Shown: positions 29,571 to 43,790, numbered from the stretch's first letter. The stretch is DNA of 64,000 nucleotides from Chrysomallon squamiferum (GCA_012295275.1 CM022667.1:10664001-10728000); one strand, 5' to 3'. Program-made: numbers and translations. Notes: generated by a model not told the origin, from the letters alone.

Positions 29571-30159
29571 GGTGAGGAGGGTGGTTTGTAGGTGGGGGGC
29601 GTCGAGGAGTGATGGCGTGGAGAGAAAGGTTCGTGGAAAGTGGAGTTAGATTTAATTTTGAGTTTTGTTTGTTGTCGAGCGATTTGGTTGTTTGTTTTTA
29701 AATTAGTTTTCTTGTGTGTTTCTTGTAATCACAAAAAAATACAGAAACACAGACATATACCATAAAGAAATATAACATCCACAGACAGACACACACACAC
29801 ACACACAGAGACATACACACTTCCTTATTATTTTATCATGATTATTATACCAAACATTTTGATATGATATCAAAATTCCGTTCTATATTACATATCTTCA
29901 ACAACTGTAAAATATAAATTAATTAACAGAAATAACAAAAAACATACCACCAACAACAACAACAAAAAAATGCATATATCTTTAACAGTACAATAAAATT
30001 TCTTGAATGTTTAACAAACCTCAGCACGAAAAATATCTCAGCTGCTCAGATTAATATTTCGGTGCAAAAATCAAACAATATTATTAAGGCTTTGGATCTA
30101 TACTAAGTTATATTCTCTGCTTTTTAACACTGTTTCAGTTTAGCATATAAATTGTTTAT

Positions 30160-31000
30160 TCACACATGCGGAAATTGAACGAGCTGGTTCCGAACACCGA
30201 GACCAGCAGAAATAATCGTCGGTGATCAAAATGTGTGTGTTTATGTTCAACTCCAAGGAACAATTACTGCCATGCAACGGACTGCTACAGTTTAAACGCA
30301 TCATTCAATAGCAGGAAGAAAATTATATATTATTTCTAAAAGTTAGTGAGTAAATAGGATTTTTTTTTTTTTTTTTTTTTTTCCCCGTCTGTAATTATGA
30401 TGGATCGTCGACATTGGTGACGGAAGACGTTGCCGATACGACGTGAATATTATCGCTGAGGTGTCGCAAACGTACGTTTAAACGATGAAGCGTGTTAATT
30501 GTTTTGACACGCTAATTAACAAAGTCGACCGTTTTCAGCGATTGTCGTGTCGTGTTGGGCATTTTTCTAACATTTGCAACGGAATGATTTTCTTTTTCTT
30601 TTTCTTTTCTTTTTTTTTTTTTTTAATGCTTGATTGAGTGTTGAAGATTTCTGAGCTGGAAATGGGCAGTGATAAAAAAAAAACTCTGCGACTCCTTCTC
30701 TCCTGGGGGAGGTTTCTGTCTGTCTCTGCCCATGCACGAATGTATCTGTGTTCATCTTGAGTATCACGTTATGATTGATACTCACATAAGCCGTTGCTCA
30801 CGATGATGTGGCAGTTGTAACTTAGTGTTGATCGCACCTGACCCGCGATGATGTTGATGGGTAATTCAGCCATATGCATTCAAATTGCTGCAGTCTCAGG
30901 CATTTTTTTATTCTTCTGTTGATAACATCATCGGGGTTGTGACTAGTTACGTGTTAACATCGTTTTTGCTCGCCTCATTGCTGCATGGGCAACTGCGTTT
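30160..31000. promoter_or_regulatory. Extended CpG-rich complex island; candidate enhancer or structured element
   Basis: Dense CpG at 30400-30560; three CGATGATGT/ACATCATCG; 9-bp inverted repeat TGAGTATCA-N9-TGATACTCA at 30758-30784. Confidence 0.4.
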
Positions 31001-31254
31001 TACTATTGTTGAAATCTTGATTTATTAAACTGATCATCATCCTTTATAATTAAATTTTTTTTTTTTCATTTTCTTTTTTCTCTCATTTCTTTCTTTCTCT
31101 CTTTCTAATCTTCTATTGTTACTTTTTTTTTTTATGCGTTTCCCTGTCTTTCTCATTCTATCCCTTTTTCTCTATTTTCTCTCTATCATACTATCATTCT
31201 CTCTATCTCACTCTCTCACTATCTCTCTCTTTTTCTCTGTTTTTCTGTTTTTTA

Positions 31255-31291
<37 letters not shown>

Positions 31292-31927
31292 ACACCACCT
31301 CTCTCACACCACACCTTCAACCCCCATCTCTCTCTCCTTCCTTCCCTCCTTACCCTCTCTCTCTCTCTCTCATTCTCTCTTTTTCCCCTCTCAATCTCTC
31401 GCTCCCAAAACAAAAACCTCCAGGACGAATTTATTCCTCGAACAAGATGTTTCGGTTCTGGCTGATTTCCACAGGGTGCCGTTCTTTTTCTATGGGACAT
31501 ATTAATATGCCGTTGATAAATTCCTAACAATTTGATATTAGACGTCATTAATCACGGCTCGGTGTGCCGACAACACGATACACACAGCAGACTTGCTCTC
31601 CGCGCTAATGTCTTCCACAGTTTAATCTGCTTTGTCGCAATCGGGTCCTGCCCTCTGTTAATATTCTTTATTGTTATCCATAACGCAAGGCAAGTTTGAT
31701 TGCAGCTATACGTATAATATCTAATTACTTTTGTCGAGGCTAACGGCACCCGAGGGGGTGTTTTTTTTTTCTCCGCAGTTATAGATTTGAGAATAAGAAC
31801 AGGTATAATTTGAATGGTTATTTTCAGTGAGTAATAATCGCCTGCCCTGATGTTTGTCTCCAATTCCATCTTCCTTTATAGATGAAATTATTTATTAACA
31901 TTTCATTTCTGTGTTTTTTTTTTTTCT

Positions 31928-32130
31928 TAATGTGTTATTTCTGGATAAAAGGAAGACATTTTTTTTTTTTTTTTTCTAATGTGTTATTTTGGACAAAAGA
32001 AAGACATTTATTTATTTTTATTTTTCATTTTTTTTTTTCTACTGGGGTTATTTTTGAAAAAAGGAAGAAATTTGTTGGGTTTTTATTTTTTTTCCGTAAC
32101 ATAATATTTTTTAGGAAAAAGGAATATTTT
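31928..32130. repeat. Degenerate tandem repeat, about 50-60 bp unit x4
   Basis: TAATGTGTTATTT(C)TGGA(T/C)AAAAG(G/A)AAGACATTT repeated and decaying 3'. Confidence 0.75.
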
Positions 32131-32269
32131 ATGGTTTTACATTTTATGACCCTAGAACGTTTGAAAGTATTGTTTGTCTGCTGAAAATAATTTCGCAGAT
32201 AAATTTATTTAGTTATCATTTTCAGATGATGATGCATAACTAATCTGATTGTCAAGTGTGTTTAGTCGA

Positions 32270-32700
32270 TCAGTTTAGATAATACTCACAAATCAAACAA
32301 GGGGCTTGTCTAGATAATAAACAAGCGTAGATACCATACCAGGTTACATTAGAAATTCAGTCTAGCTAACATACCAGTTTAGTTAGCATACAAATCTAAA
32401 TAACAAGTTGAGATAAACACCCAGTTCAGATAGCAGACTAGATAATATCAGTGTAGATAATGTACAGGTTTAGATAACACACAAAGCTAGATTACCTACA
32501 AGGCAGCATAACATTCAAATCTATATAACATACTAGTCTAGTAATATACAAAACTAGATAACATACTAGTCTAAATCATTTTGTGAGTCTAGATAATGGA
32601 AGTCTAGTTAATGTTCAATGCTATAACAAATGAGCTGTGACTAGATAATTTAGATAAATGTGTAGAAAATAAAAGAATCTAGATAACAGACAAGATCTGG
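32270..32700. repeat. Degenerate about 20-bp minisatellite with (CT)AGATAA core
   Basis: 11 AGATAA copies between 32277 and 32686, plus variants. Confidence 0.8.
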
Positions 32701-33565
32701 GAATGTATTTAACTGAGTAACTGCCCAGAAGAAGAATAATAACAATAATTATAATAATGATGATTATGATGATGACAACAATGATAAAGATAATTATAAT
32801 GATGATGATGATGATAATATTGGATCTTTGTCTGTTCATCTCTATTAAATATTACTGATTTAGAAATACTGGTATGTTTCATATCTGAAAGGAATATAAA
32901 GATAATAAAATTAAATGTGTAATTAATAATTAAATTATTTTTAAAAAAAAGAAGTAATGAACAAAATAAAATTTAAATAAAACAACAACTAAATATATAA
33001 TAAAGAAAAAGAATAACAAATAAAAAAAATAACAAATAAGATAATAAAATAAATAGTTCTAATAATAAAATAATATTAAAATTAATAAATAAAAAGATAA
33101 TAAAATATAATTTGAGAGAATTTTTTTTTTAAATATAAGTAACAAATAAAAAAAAAGAGAAGAGAATAATAATAAAATGAAATAAATAAAAATGATTGGC
33201 ACACAAAACACAAATGCATCAAGTTAGATATAATTTACAAATGGACGTATAACAATTGTGTTTTCTTCTTCATCCTGCCTGTTTAGTATTCTCTGCAGTC
33301 CAAAGCCAGTCGCACTTTCCACATTGAATAAAAAAAAAAAAAATACTCAAATTAGTCTTCATTGTTCCCTCTAGTCACCTAACTTGTACTAGGAAGTCGT
33401 TACTAATAAAACAAGATGTTTTCAAATCACTGAATTAACAATCTTCATTTCTAGAAGAGACGTAAAAAAAAAAAAACAATTATAGAAATAAATGAAAAAT
33501 AAAAATAATGAATAATAGTAAAAATAAAGAAAATAAATCTTTGTCTCGCTGTCTGGATGTATCTA

Positions 33566-33604
<39 letters not shown>

Positions 33605-35063
33605 TGAAAAATAAATAAATTGGCTGGCTAGCTGTAATTTTAGAAATAAAGATGAATATTTTAAAAATATGAAGCTATAAAATAAAATGATAATGAAAAT
33701 AATTATATGTCAGTCTGTAAGGTAAAAAACAAAAAACAAAATAAAAATTGAAAACAAAACAACAAAATTCATCCTTCAAAAATGTCTGTTTCTTTCTTCA
33801 TCATTTGGCTCATATATATAAATAAATTGTGATTTATAAAAATCTCCATTTCTGTGTCACAAAATCTTGTTTTTGAAAACTGTCACATTTGTCTTATTCT
33901 TTATATTTTCAGTATTAAATAAAATAAAATAAAATAAAATATCTCTTTCTCTCACTCAAAAAAATAAAAAATAAAAATAAAAAAGTAAAAGCAAAGAGGA
34001 AAGAAAACTACAACAACATTTTTCACTCTTTTCAAACAATGATGTAAAGTAACATCCCAAATATCGCAGATTCTTCTCAGCCTCATTTTCATTTTTGATA
34101 CAGCATTCACATCGTTGTTCTAAACAGTCAGTTTTAGATTCCCCTTGAAAAAAAAAAACATAAAGAAAAATTTCTTGCATCTTCGGAAATACATCGAGGA
34201 ATTCTTTCTAAGACCCATACTTTCAACCGGATGTCCAATACCTGCACGGCATTGTTGGATCAAATATTGACTATTTTGCGGCATAAACACAGAAACATAA
34301 ACACAGGGAGAGAGGCCTGGGGCAGGGAGTGTGTGTGGGGGGGAGATGTTGACCCAGAACAGCCTGTCCCAGGTTAAGAGATTTTTCTTTTTCTTTTTTT
34401 TCCCCTGGGCTGCCGATTGACACCTTTCTGTGAGTACACATGAAATTGTCGTCAGAGATGACAGCTTCAGTTGCTATTGAACTCAGTTTTACACTAGAGG
34501 GGTTTTGAGTTTAACAGTTGTTTTGTTAGAGAGAGCAAGAGGGGAAGGCAGGCAAGGGGGAGAGGGTGGCAAGTGTGGAGGGATGAGATAGAGAGAAAAA
34601 GAAAGTATAAAAGAAACAGAAAGAGTGAAAGACAATACAGGGATAGATGGAAAGAGATAGAAGGAGAGAGAAAAAAAAGACAAAGGGAGGGGAGAGAGAG
34701 AGAAGAAAGGCAGGAAGAAAAATAAAAGTATAAAAGAGATTGAGTATTTATGTTTAAGAAAGTCAGTAAGAAGAAGAAAAAAAAAATAAAATAGAAATAA
34801 AAGAAAAATATATAAGTTTAGGATTATGAGAAAACATTTTTCATTGATAGAATAATTGATCATTATTCCCATACATAAGGATGGATCAATGTTTTGATAG
34901 ATGGATGCATACATAAACAAACACACAGGCAAACAGATGAATGACCAGATAGACCCATAAAACATCAAAATAAATTGTAAATGGTGCACAGAACGACAGC
35001 AACTAATGTGTGTATGTGTATGTATACTTATGTATATATGTATGTATGTATGAATGTATGTAT

Positions 35064-35115
<52 letters not shown>

Positions 35116-35989
35116 AATAACAAATATTTTGACAGATACACATCTCAACCATCTATGAGAATCGGTGAACAATAAAAACACTATTAGTATCTATTACACT
35201 GTTTGCTGTTGATGATATAATTCCATCAATGTTTATCAACTCTCTGTTAAGACATAATTAAGATATTTCTCCACATGTACGAAAAATAGCATCCTTCATG
35301 ACACATCTTCTCCAAAAACAAAGATGGTGACACTTTTTTGTTGACCAAAAAGAGACAGAAAAAAAAGAAATATAGAGAGAAAAAAAAAGAGTTAGAAAAA
35401 GAAGGGGGGGAGACAAAAAAAAAATGTCTCTGAATTCAACAGCCTTGCTGTGGTGATGAATAAACAAAAAGAAAAATAAACAATTCTCGACAGTTGATTG
35501 TTCCGTTGTTAAATTGAGGTTTTCAAGGATATTAAGTATGCATCTTCAAGGATTTTTATCTTTTGGGTTTTTTTTTTTTTTTTTTTTTGGGATGTGATTT
35601 TTCACTGTATTTTTTGCACCCATTTTGATGGGTGAAAATGTAACAGTTGACTTTGATGGAGGGTAAAAGAGAAGTTCTGTGTTTGCTGGTGTCAGAATGC
35701 ATGTACTGCTAATGAGAATCTCCTTCGTTTTATCTGGTGATAAAAATCTTGTTTTGCTGTTTTGTTACTTGTTTGTTTTGTGGTGAAAAAGGGAGAATTT
35801 ATTTTTTTATTCTATGTTGTTGTTTTTGTTGTGATGTTGAATGTAGAAGTTTGATGATGTTTTGGTAGTTTTGTGTAAATAACAACGAGAGCAGCAACAA
35901 CAATAACAACAACAACAATGATAAATAATAAATGAAATCTGAACAAGAATTATTTCAAAACACACAACCTTTTCTAAAATAAATAATCA

Positions 35990-36200
35990 TACCAAATAAT
36001 AATAATAATAATAACAATAATAATAATAATAATAATAATAATAGCAGGATCAACAACAAAAACACCAACAGCAAAAATGCAATAACAGTTATAATAATAA
36101 ATTTTAAAAATGTGACATCACATTTTCATAGGCAGTTTTGCTATTAACATTTTTGAAAATTTATGATTAAAATGTTTCAGATAATCATGAAAGAAAATAA

Positions 36201-36257
<57 letters not shown>

Positions 36258-36290
36258 CATAATCATAATCATAATCATAATAATAATAAT
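35990..36290. repeat. (AAT)n/(AAC)n/(AATCAT)n microsatellite block
   Basis: Long AAT runs. Confidence 0.9.
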
Positions 36291-36757
36291 AAAAAATTTA
36301 AAATTTAAAAAACTTAAGAAAACATTTAAAAATGTTCTATGAGTTAAAATTGCTAGATTTATTTGTCATGTTTATTAATAATAATACTTTAATTTTTTGG
36401 GGTAATTATTAAACCTTTGTTACTAAATTTTTTGTTGCTGTTATTTTGATTACACTTAAGTATTATATTTTGATTAAACAGGTTATTCATTTGTTCTGTT
36501 TACGTAATTTTATGTCCACTGGTCATTTTTTAAATGTTATTTTGTTATTATAATTTATTATTATTTTAATAATTTTGTTATTATTACTGTTTTAATTGCC
36601 ATTGTTATATTATTATTGTTATTATTGTTATTATTATTATTATTATTATTATTAATTTAATTAATCATAATAATTGTTGAAATAACAACAATAACTGAAT
36701 AACATTAATAACAATAACTGTCAACAAAAACAACAAAAATGAAAGGCAATTAAAATC

Positions 36758-36856
36758 GCAGGTGTTGAGAGCTTCTTGCAAACTCTTTTCAGACTGAGCT
36801 TACACACCTGTTGCATCAAATTAAGAATATAGTTTATTTGTAGACAATTACAGGTG
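36758..36856. promoter_or_regulatory. Cluster of three CAGGTG/CACCTG E-boxes
   Basis: 36759 (+), 36805 (-) and 36851 (+). Confidence 0.4.
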
Positions 36857-36959
36857 TATTTAGTCACTAAGTTATAATGGTAAAATAAGAAGTAGCAGCA
36901 GCAGTAGTAATAATAATAACAACAACAACAACAATAATAATAATAACAGTAATAATAAT

Positions 36960-37293
36960 AATAATAATAATAATACTAAGAATAAATTTTAAAAATATGT
37001 ACTAGTACTGCTACTACTACTACTATTAAAATCATTTTTTTAAATGTTTATTAACAATAATAACTAATAATAATAATAACAATAATAATAAAAATAAATT
37101 TTAAAAATATATACTAGTACTACCACTACTACTAGTATTAAAATAATTTGTTTATGTGTTTATTAATAATAATAATAGTAATAGTAATAATAATAATGAT
37201 AATAATAATAATATTATAATAATAAAATAAAAAATAAATTTTTAAAATGTATACTACTATTACTACTACTACTAAGATAATTTTTTTAAATGT

Positions 37294-37325
<32 letters not shown>
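36960..37325. repeat. Higher-order tandem repeat (about 115-140 bp x3) built on (AAT)n/(ACT)n
   Basis: AATAAATTTTAAAAAT-T-TACTA-TA-T-CTACTACT...TGTTTA-TAA repeated at about 36981, 37094 and 37234. Confidence 0.85.
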
Positions 37326-37327
<2 letters not shown>

Positions 37328-38969
37328 CAAAAATAAATAAATAAATAAATAACATTTTAGTTTTTAAAAATAATGAAAGAGAAATGTTAGTAATAAATAA
37401 GTAATGGCGTTCCACAAAGAAGAAAAATAAATAGGTATTCTAAATGAAGAATTATATTTGAAAAAAAACATTTTATTATCTTTTAATGCCTTAATAATTA
37501 TTGAAGTTCATGAGAGAAAATAAAATTAATTTATTATCTAAGAGTAAACAGTTATTTTCTTGATAAATGAGGACTAAATGAGAAATGAAAACAATACATC
37601 ATTGTTATTAATTACTGTAAATGTTTTATGTAAAATGTAGATAATGTGTTGTTTGTTTTACATGAAAAATAATTTAAATTCAAAATGTATGAGGATTTCT
37701 GAAATTAATGATGAATAAGTAGTTTATTTAATAATATTTCCTAAAATTAAAAACCGATAATTAATTTATTATTTAACAGTTATATAGTTAATGAAATATT
37801 TGCGTTTGTTTAGGAATAATGATTAATGGATATATTTCTTTCTAAAATTTAAATACAATTCATTAATTGTCAGTTATTAATTACATTTTCAGAAACATAT
37901 GTTGATTATTATAATACATTTTTATCATATATAATTTGTATAATTTAGAAAGAGACAGATAGTGAGAGAGATGGAGAGGGAAAAAGAGAATGAGAGAAAT
38001 ATTTACTGTGATAAATTTTAAATTAAAGAGCACAGATATCTTCATTTTTGATGAGAGAGAGAGAGAGAGAAAAAAAAAACACATCACTGACAATAAACCC
38101 ATCAAATTAAACTACATTTGTAAGATTTTTCTAACAGTTTACACAAAAAATTCTTTCCACAGGTAAAATTTTGATTGCTCTTGCTTCTAACCTTAATGAA
38201 CTTTACCAAGAAAGAAAGAGAAAGGAAAAAAAAAAAGATCTCATTGTGTTTTTATTTTATTTTTCTTCTTTGCCCATAGAACTGCAATTGTTTTTAGTGC
38301 ACACAACATACAGCCTTCAAGGCAAATTGAGTAAAAACAACATCGCTTAACAATCAACGTACACATCGGCGACGATACAGCGCTGATGTGCGAACACGGC
38401 AAAAGTTTAACCCGTTGTGTTGAGCAACTTTGGTTTACAAAATAAGTAGAGATGGCAAAACAAAACCTTATCGTGTGTACGACAATTTGAAAATTCAGTT
38501 TATAGGTCGACTTAGGCCACGCGCTCATCACAGAATAAATTGGCTCGAAAGGGAGAACGGTTAATTTTCGTAAAACTGTGAAATTCTGATTTGCTTACTA
38601 GATAAGCATAAAGGTTTCTCTAGTTGACATCGTCAGTCGCTTTCGTTTTGTTTTTAGGTGTTGTTTTTTTTTGTTTTTTGTTTTTCTAATTTGGTTTTTT
38701 TGTTGGGCATCTGCAAAGATGACCGCTAGGGGAAGAAAACAGAAAAAAAAGAAAAAGGTTTTATCGTGAAGGTGTGAAGAGAGGTTTCGTGTTGGAACTG
38801 TACGAAAAAAAGGAAATAAATGAATTAACGAGTTTAATTGTTTTGATTTGAAGATGTACGTGTACAAAGTATTTTAAACTTGTTAGTCAAAGTGTGTATG
38901 GGGAGGAGAATGGAAGAGCTGGATTTAAAATTAAGAAATGAAAATAATTTATGCTGAAATAACAGCCTA

Positions 38970-39777
38970 ATGATAATGATAATGATACTAATTGTCATAA
39001 TAATAATAATAATAATAATCATAATAATAATAATAATAATAAAAATAATAATAAATAATTATAAGAAGGAAAGTAAAGAAAAAAAGAGGGTCTATATTCT
39101 AAATATTACTACCACCACTACTACTATTGCTACAACAACAGCTACTACTAATAACAACCACATCAAAAATGATGATGATGATGATAATAATAACAACAAC
39201 AACAATAATAGTAATAATAACAACAATAATAATAGTTAAAGTAATAATAATAATAATTACACAACAATAATAATTCAATAATAATTGTGATTTTAAGAAA
39301 AATATATAATTATATTGCAGAAAACTATACTATAATAATAATGACATCTTACTGATGGTGTTATGAACAACAGTTATAATATCTGTAATAAATAATAAAA
39401 ATGTATTGAAAATTAATAATTAATTTTGCTGATCTTTATTAATACTGATGTTGCTGTAGTTGTAGTTGTTGTTCTTGTAGTTGGTAAAACATATTTCTGT
39501 TTGTTTCATTTTCTCCTCATTTTTCTATTTTGTTGTTGTTGTTGTAGTTGTTATTTTTTCTTCTTATTATTGTTATTATTATTATTATTAATTATTAATT
39601 ATTTGTATTATTGTTGTTGTTATTCATTATTATTTATTATTATTATTAATATTATTATTATTTACTGTTCTTTTTCTTATTCTTATTTATTAGTAGTATT
39701 GTTGTTATTATGATTATTATTGTTGTTGATTATTAATATTATTGTTGTTTATTTATTTATTTATTTATTTATTTATA

Positions 39778-39830
<53 letters not shown>
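38970..39830. repeat. (AAT)n block followed by a complementary (ATT)n/(GTT)n block
   Basis: AAT/AAC runs 38970-39290; ATT/GTT runs 39530-39830. Confidence 0.85.
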
Positions 39831-39832
<2 letters not shown>

Positions 39833-41096
39833 ATTTCAGAACTCAAACAACCATAAATAAAACTGAAAACTGGTGTAAACTGCTCTGGCAGTGATATCAC
39901 TTGACATTAACCAAAGACAAACATACTGCGGAATTTTTTTTTTTTTTTTTTTTTTACCAAACAGTATTTTCAGCCTTTGCTTTGCCAAAATATTAGCTAC
40001 AAATTTCTTTTCTAAGTGTATCGGGTTGCCACACCTATACACAGGAATGCTCTCTGCAAACAATATTTTTAATGTTCTAATTGGCTTAGCACCACATGGA
40101 ATTTTCTGAATAAACAATCAACAGAACCTTCAAAGGGAAGTTTTTCTGGAGGAGTGGCGAAAGGGGCTGTTGGCAGGTAGGGTAAGAAAAAAAAAAAAAT
40201 GGAGGGAGGGGTTATTAGTAATGCACTTGCAGTGATGAGAGAGGGGATACACTTGTTACTTAGAGAATGTGTTAAACATGGTAATTTTTTTTAATTTTTT
40301 TTATTTCATCTTTGGAAGATGTGTGGTAGAAACCAAAAAAAAAAAAAAAAAAAAAAAAAATATAGAATGATGGATAGAGAAGATTTTTTGTTTTATGAGG
40401 AGTTTGTTTGTTGTTGTTTTCATAAAGTTTTGTTTATGGAGTATCGGAGAAAATTCTAGAATGCTGGTTCTGGACAGTAAAGAGTTACTTATGAGTTATA
40501 GCTAGAAAAGTTGTTGTGTTTGTTTTTTTGTTGTTTTTTTTTGGTTTTTAATGTTTATTAGGCAGAAATTTATGAGTCTATCAAAATCCATGCACATGTG
40601 TAAGAGGTATTAAGTTATTATTTATGACCTGTAGCTGGAAACATTTTTAAAAGTTATTACGAAGCACAGGAATTTATGAATTTATGAGAATTCAGTTCTC
40701 AGTGTTATGAACATTAAATTATAAATTATTAGCTTGTTAATAACTGATCTACTAATTTTATGTCAAATGATTTTTTGTTTGTTTTGTTCTGTTTTTTTAT
40801 TGTTTATTTATATATTTATTTATTTTACTTTGTTTTACTTTCTTTTGGTGATGTTTTTAATTGCTTGTTTGTTTATATATTTATTTATTTTTCTTTTACT
40901 TTACTTGCCTTCTTGCTAACTTAAGAAAAAACAAACAAACAACAACTAAAAATAAAAAAAATAAAAAATAAAATAAAATACCCCCCCCTTAACCAATTAA
41001 TGAATTTAATCTTTTGTTGTGTTGTTTCTAAAAATAAATTACCACAACTCAACCATGAAGACTTCCAAGAATTTCCTCATATATTTTTTTTTTTTT

Positions 41097-41129
<33 letters not shown>

Positions 41130-41936
41130 GAAAAAAAAGTAAAAGATATGGAATGTCAAGGATAACTACTTAAAAAAAAAAAAATCATAAATGATAAAAA
41201 CAGCAAAAATGGAACTCATAAAATACGTCAAAATTTAGAATCTTTCTTCTTACTCTTCCGAAACGGGATGTTTTTTTTTTTTTTTTTTTTTTTTTGAGTT
41301 CAAACACAAAAATCTGATTGAATCACCTCCACTGTATCTGCACACAATAGAAGCAAAATGAAAAATGATCAACGGTGTAAGAAACCGCACTGGAATGTCC
41401 ATAACACATCGTAGATCAGCTGTCCAAATCTGTTCATATTGCTGCTAAAATCATCTGCTTATTTCATGCTGAGGTCTTTCGAGAATTCGAAGCCCTGGAA
41501 CACACAAGTAGACAAAGCAGACGGTAATAAATGAATTTTTGCCCTCTGCACCTGTAGACAAATGTTCAAATGACGTCTGCTGTCATACATATATTTTCTG
41601 TGGCATTCTGCTCTCGTTTTTTTAGTGGATTTTTTTATTTTTTTCTTCTTTATTGGTTATATATGTTGCCGTGGTTTTTTTGTTTTTTGTTTACTCATGT
41701 GTGTGTTATAATAATCTAATAAATGTGTATGTGTGTGAGTGTTATTTTTTTTTTCCCATATTCCTTGTTTCTTTTTCTTTCTTTGTTTTGTTTTCTTGTT
41801 TGTTTGTTTGTTTTTTTTATGGTCTGCTTCTTTTCTTAACTAATTTTTTTTTTTTTTTTTTTATCCATGTCATGTTTTCTCAACCTTTATTTTTATAATG
41901 TTGTTTTTTATTTCTGTTTATTTTTATTTATTTATT

Positions 41937-42002
<66 letters not shown>

Positions 42003-42067
42003 TTTTGCATTTTTAAAAATCTTTTTTGTCTATTTTTTCTTACATATTTCTTTTTCTTCTTTCTTCT

Positions 42068-42070
<3 letters not shown>

Positions 42071-42134
<64 letters not shown>
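42071..42134. repeat. Poly-T tract (about 64 nt)
   Basis: Uninterrupted T run; length may be affected by sequencing error. Confidence 0.9.
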
Positions 42135-42137
<3 letters not shown>

Positions 42138-43429
42138 TCATTTCTTTTTTTTTCTGATAATGTGAAAATGATTTTTCCATGTTGTTATTTGTGGAAGATC
42201 AGAGTCAAAGAAACACTCATTTAGATGTCAAAATGTCAAAATGGAGGTTAAACGTCTCATGATGTGTGAAATTAGCATTCTTTGAGCTCTTTTGTGTTCT
42301 TCAGTGAAAAAGATAAAAAAAAAAATGAGAAAAAGAAATTAGAGAAATATAGTCTAACATCAGTATGAATTTAATAAATCACACAGACACACACACACAC
42401 ACACACACAGACAGACATACACATGTACAAGCAAAGTTGTGATAGAAAGAAATTAAGATTAATTAAATTTAAAAAAAAAGAAATAAAAATGTAAGAATGA
42501 ATGAATATATAAATATATTGTGAAAAAATAGAATGCATGTAATATCAAAAGTGTTTGAGTGAATAATTTTTAAAATAAATGATATAAATACAAATTATAT
42601 ATAGTTTTAAATTTCAAACCAAAAATAAACACACAAACAAAATTTAAACTGATTTAAAAAAAAAAAAACCATATCTTATTTTTATTTTCATCTCCTTCCT
42701 GCTTTTCTTTCTTTCCTACCTTTCTTGCGGCCTTCATTCCTTTTATTTTCATTATCACCTCATCATCATTATCATCATCATTACATATATGTTTTTTGGA
42801 AATATTCTAAAATCTCAGAGATTTTTTTCTTTTATCTTTTTCACAGATTTTGTCATAAATGATACAGGCCTGTCAGTCAATCTTGACAACTGCAGGCAAC
42901 GACATAATAAAGTTTGTTATTTGACTTTTTCATGACCAAGTTATTGCCAAGTTAGAATCGTACCTGTATCATATTTCTGCATATAAAACTATGGAATGGT
43001 TATTATGAATGTTCTTTTTTTTTTTTTTTTTTTTTAAAAAAAAATAATATATTAATGCTATAATTTGTCTTTTATATTTTCAGATAGTGAATTGTTCTGA
43101 ATTTTTTTTATTTATTTATTTTTTTTTTTTTTTATTTCTGCTGTAGTAAGGAGAAGAAAATAGAAGAAATTGTTAAGGTCTTTTTCTGATTTTTGTTTTT
43201 ATTTATTTATTTATTTATTTATTTATTATTATTATTTTTTTTTTTTTTTTGTTATCAGGGCTTTATTTGTAATATTTGTGGGGTGGGGTGCTGTGTGTGT
43301 ATGTGAAAATGTTTATATATGTGAACTGTGTATGTATGTTTATGTATATATCTTTGGTATTTGTATGTGTGTCAATATTTGCTTGTCAAGTCTGTATTTG
43401 AGTGTGTACTTGTATATATGCATCTGCCT

Positions 43430-43495
43430 ATAATGTGTATGTATATATGTGTGTGTATATATATATAGATATGTGTGTGTATCTATCGATCGATC

Positions 43496-43536
<41 letters not shown>

Positions 43537-43790
43537 GCTTGATGAGAGGTGTGAATATATGTATATATGTGTTTGTGTATGGTATGTTGTATGTATGTAA
43601 GTATGTGTGTATGTTTGTATGTATACATTTCTGAATGAATGAATGTATGTATGGTTGTGTTTGTTTCAATGTGTGTGTATGTGTATATATATGTGTGTAT
43701 ATATATATATTGTAAGTATGTATGTGTGAATGTGTGTGTGTGTATGTTTGTATGTATGTATGAATGTGTGTGTGTGTACATATGTACAAA
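43430..43790. repeat. Compound (TG)n/(TATG)n/(CA)n tract
   Basis: Low-complexity alternating purine-pyrimidine sequence. Confidence 0.9.

Noticed and set aside
38340-38540. CpG-rich segment that looks codon-like (TINVHIGDDTALMCEHGK...)
   Set aside because: Stops in the + frames examined, no splice boundaries and no recognised homology; more likely regulatory
43443-43535. Local cruciform (GTGTGTATATATATAGAT / ATCTATATATATACACAC)
   Set aside because: Arises from adjacent TG/TA/CA microsatellites; no independent sign of function
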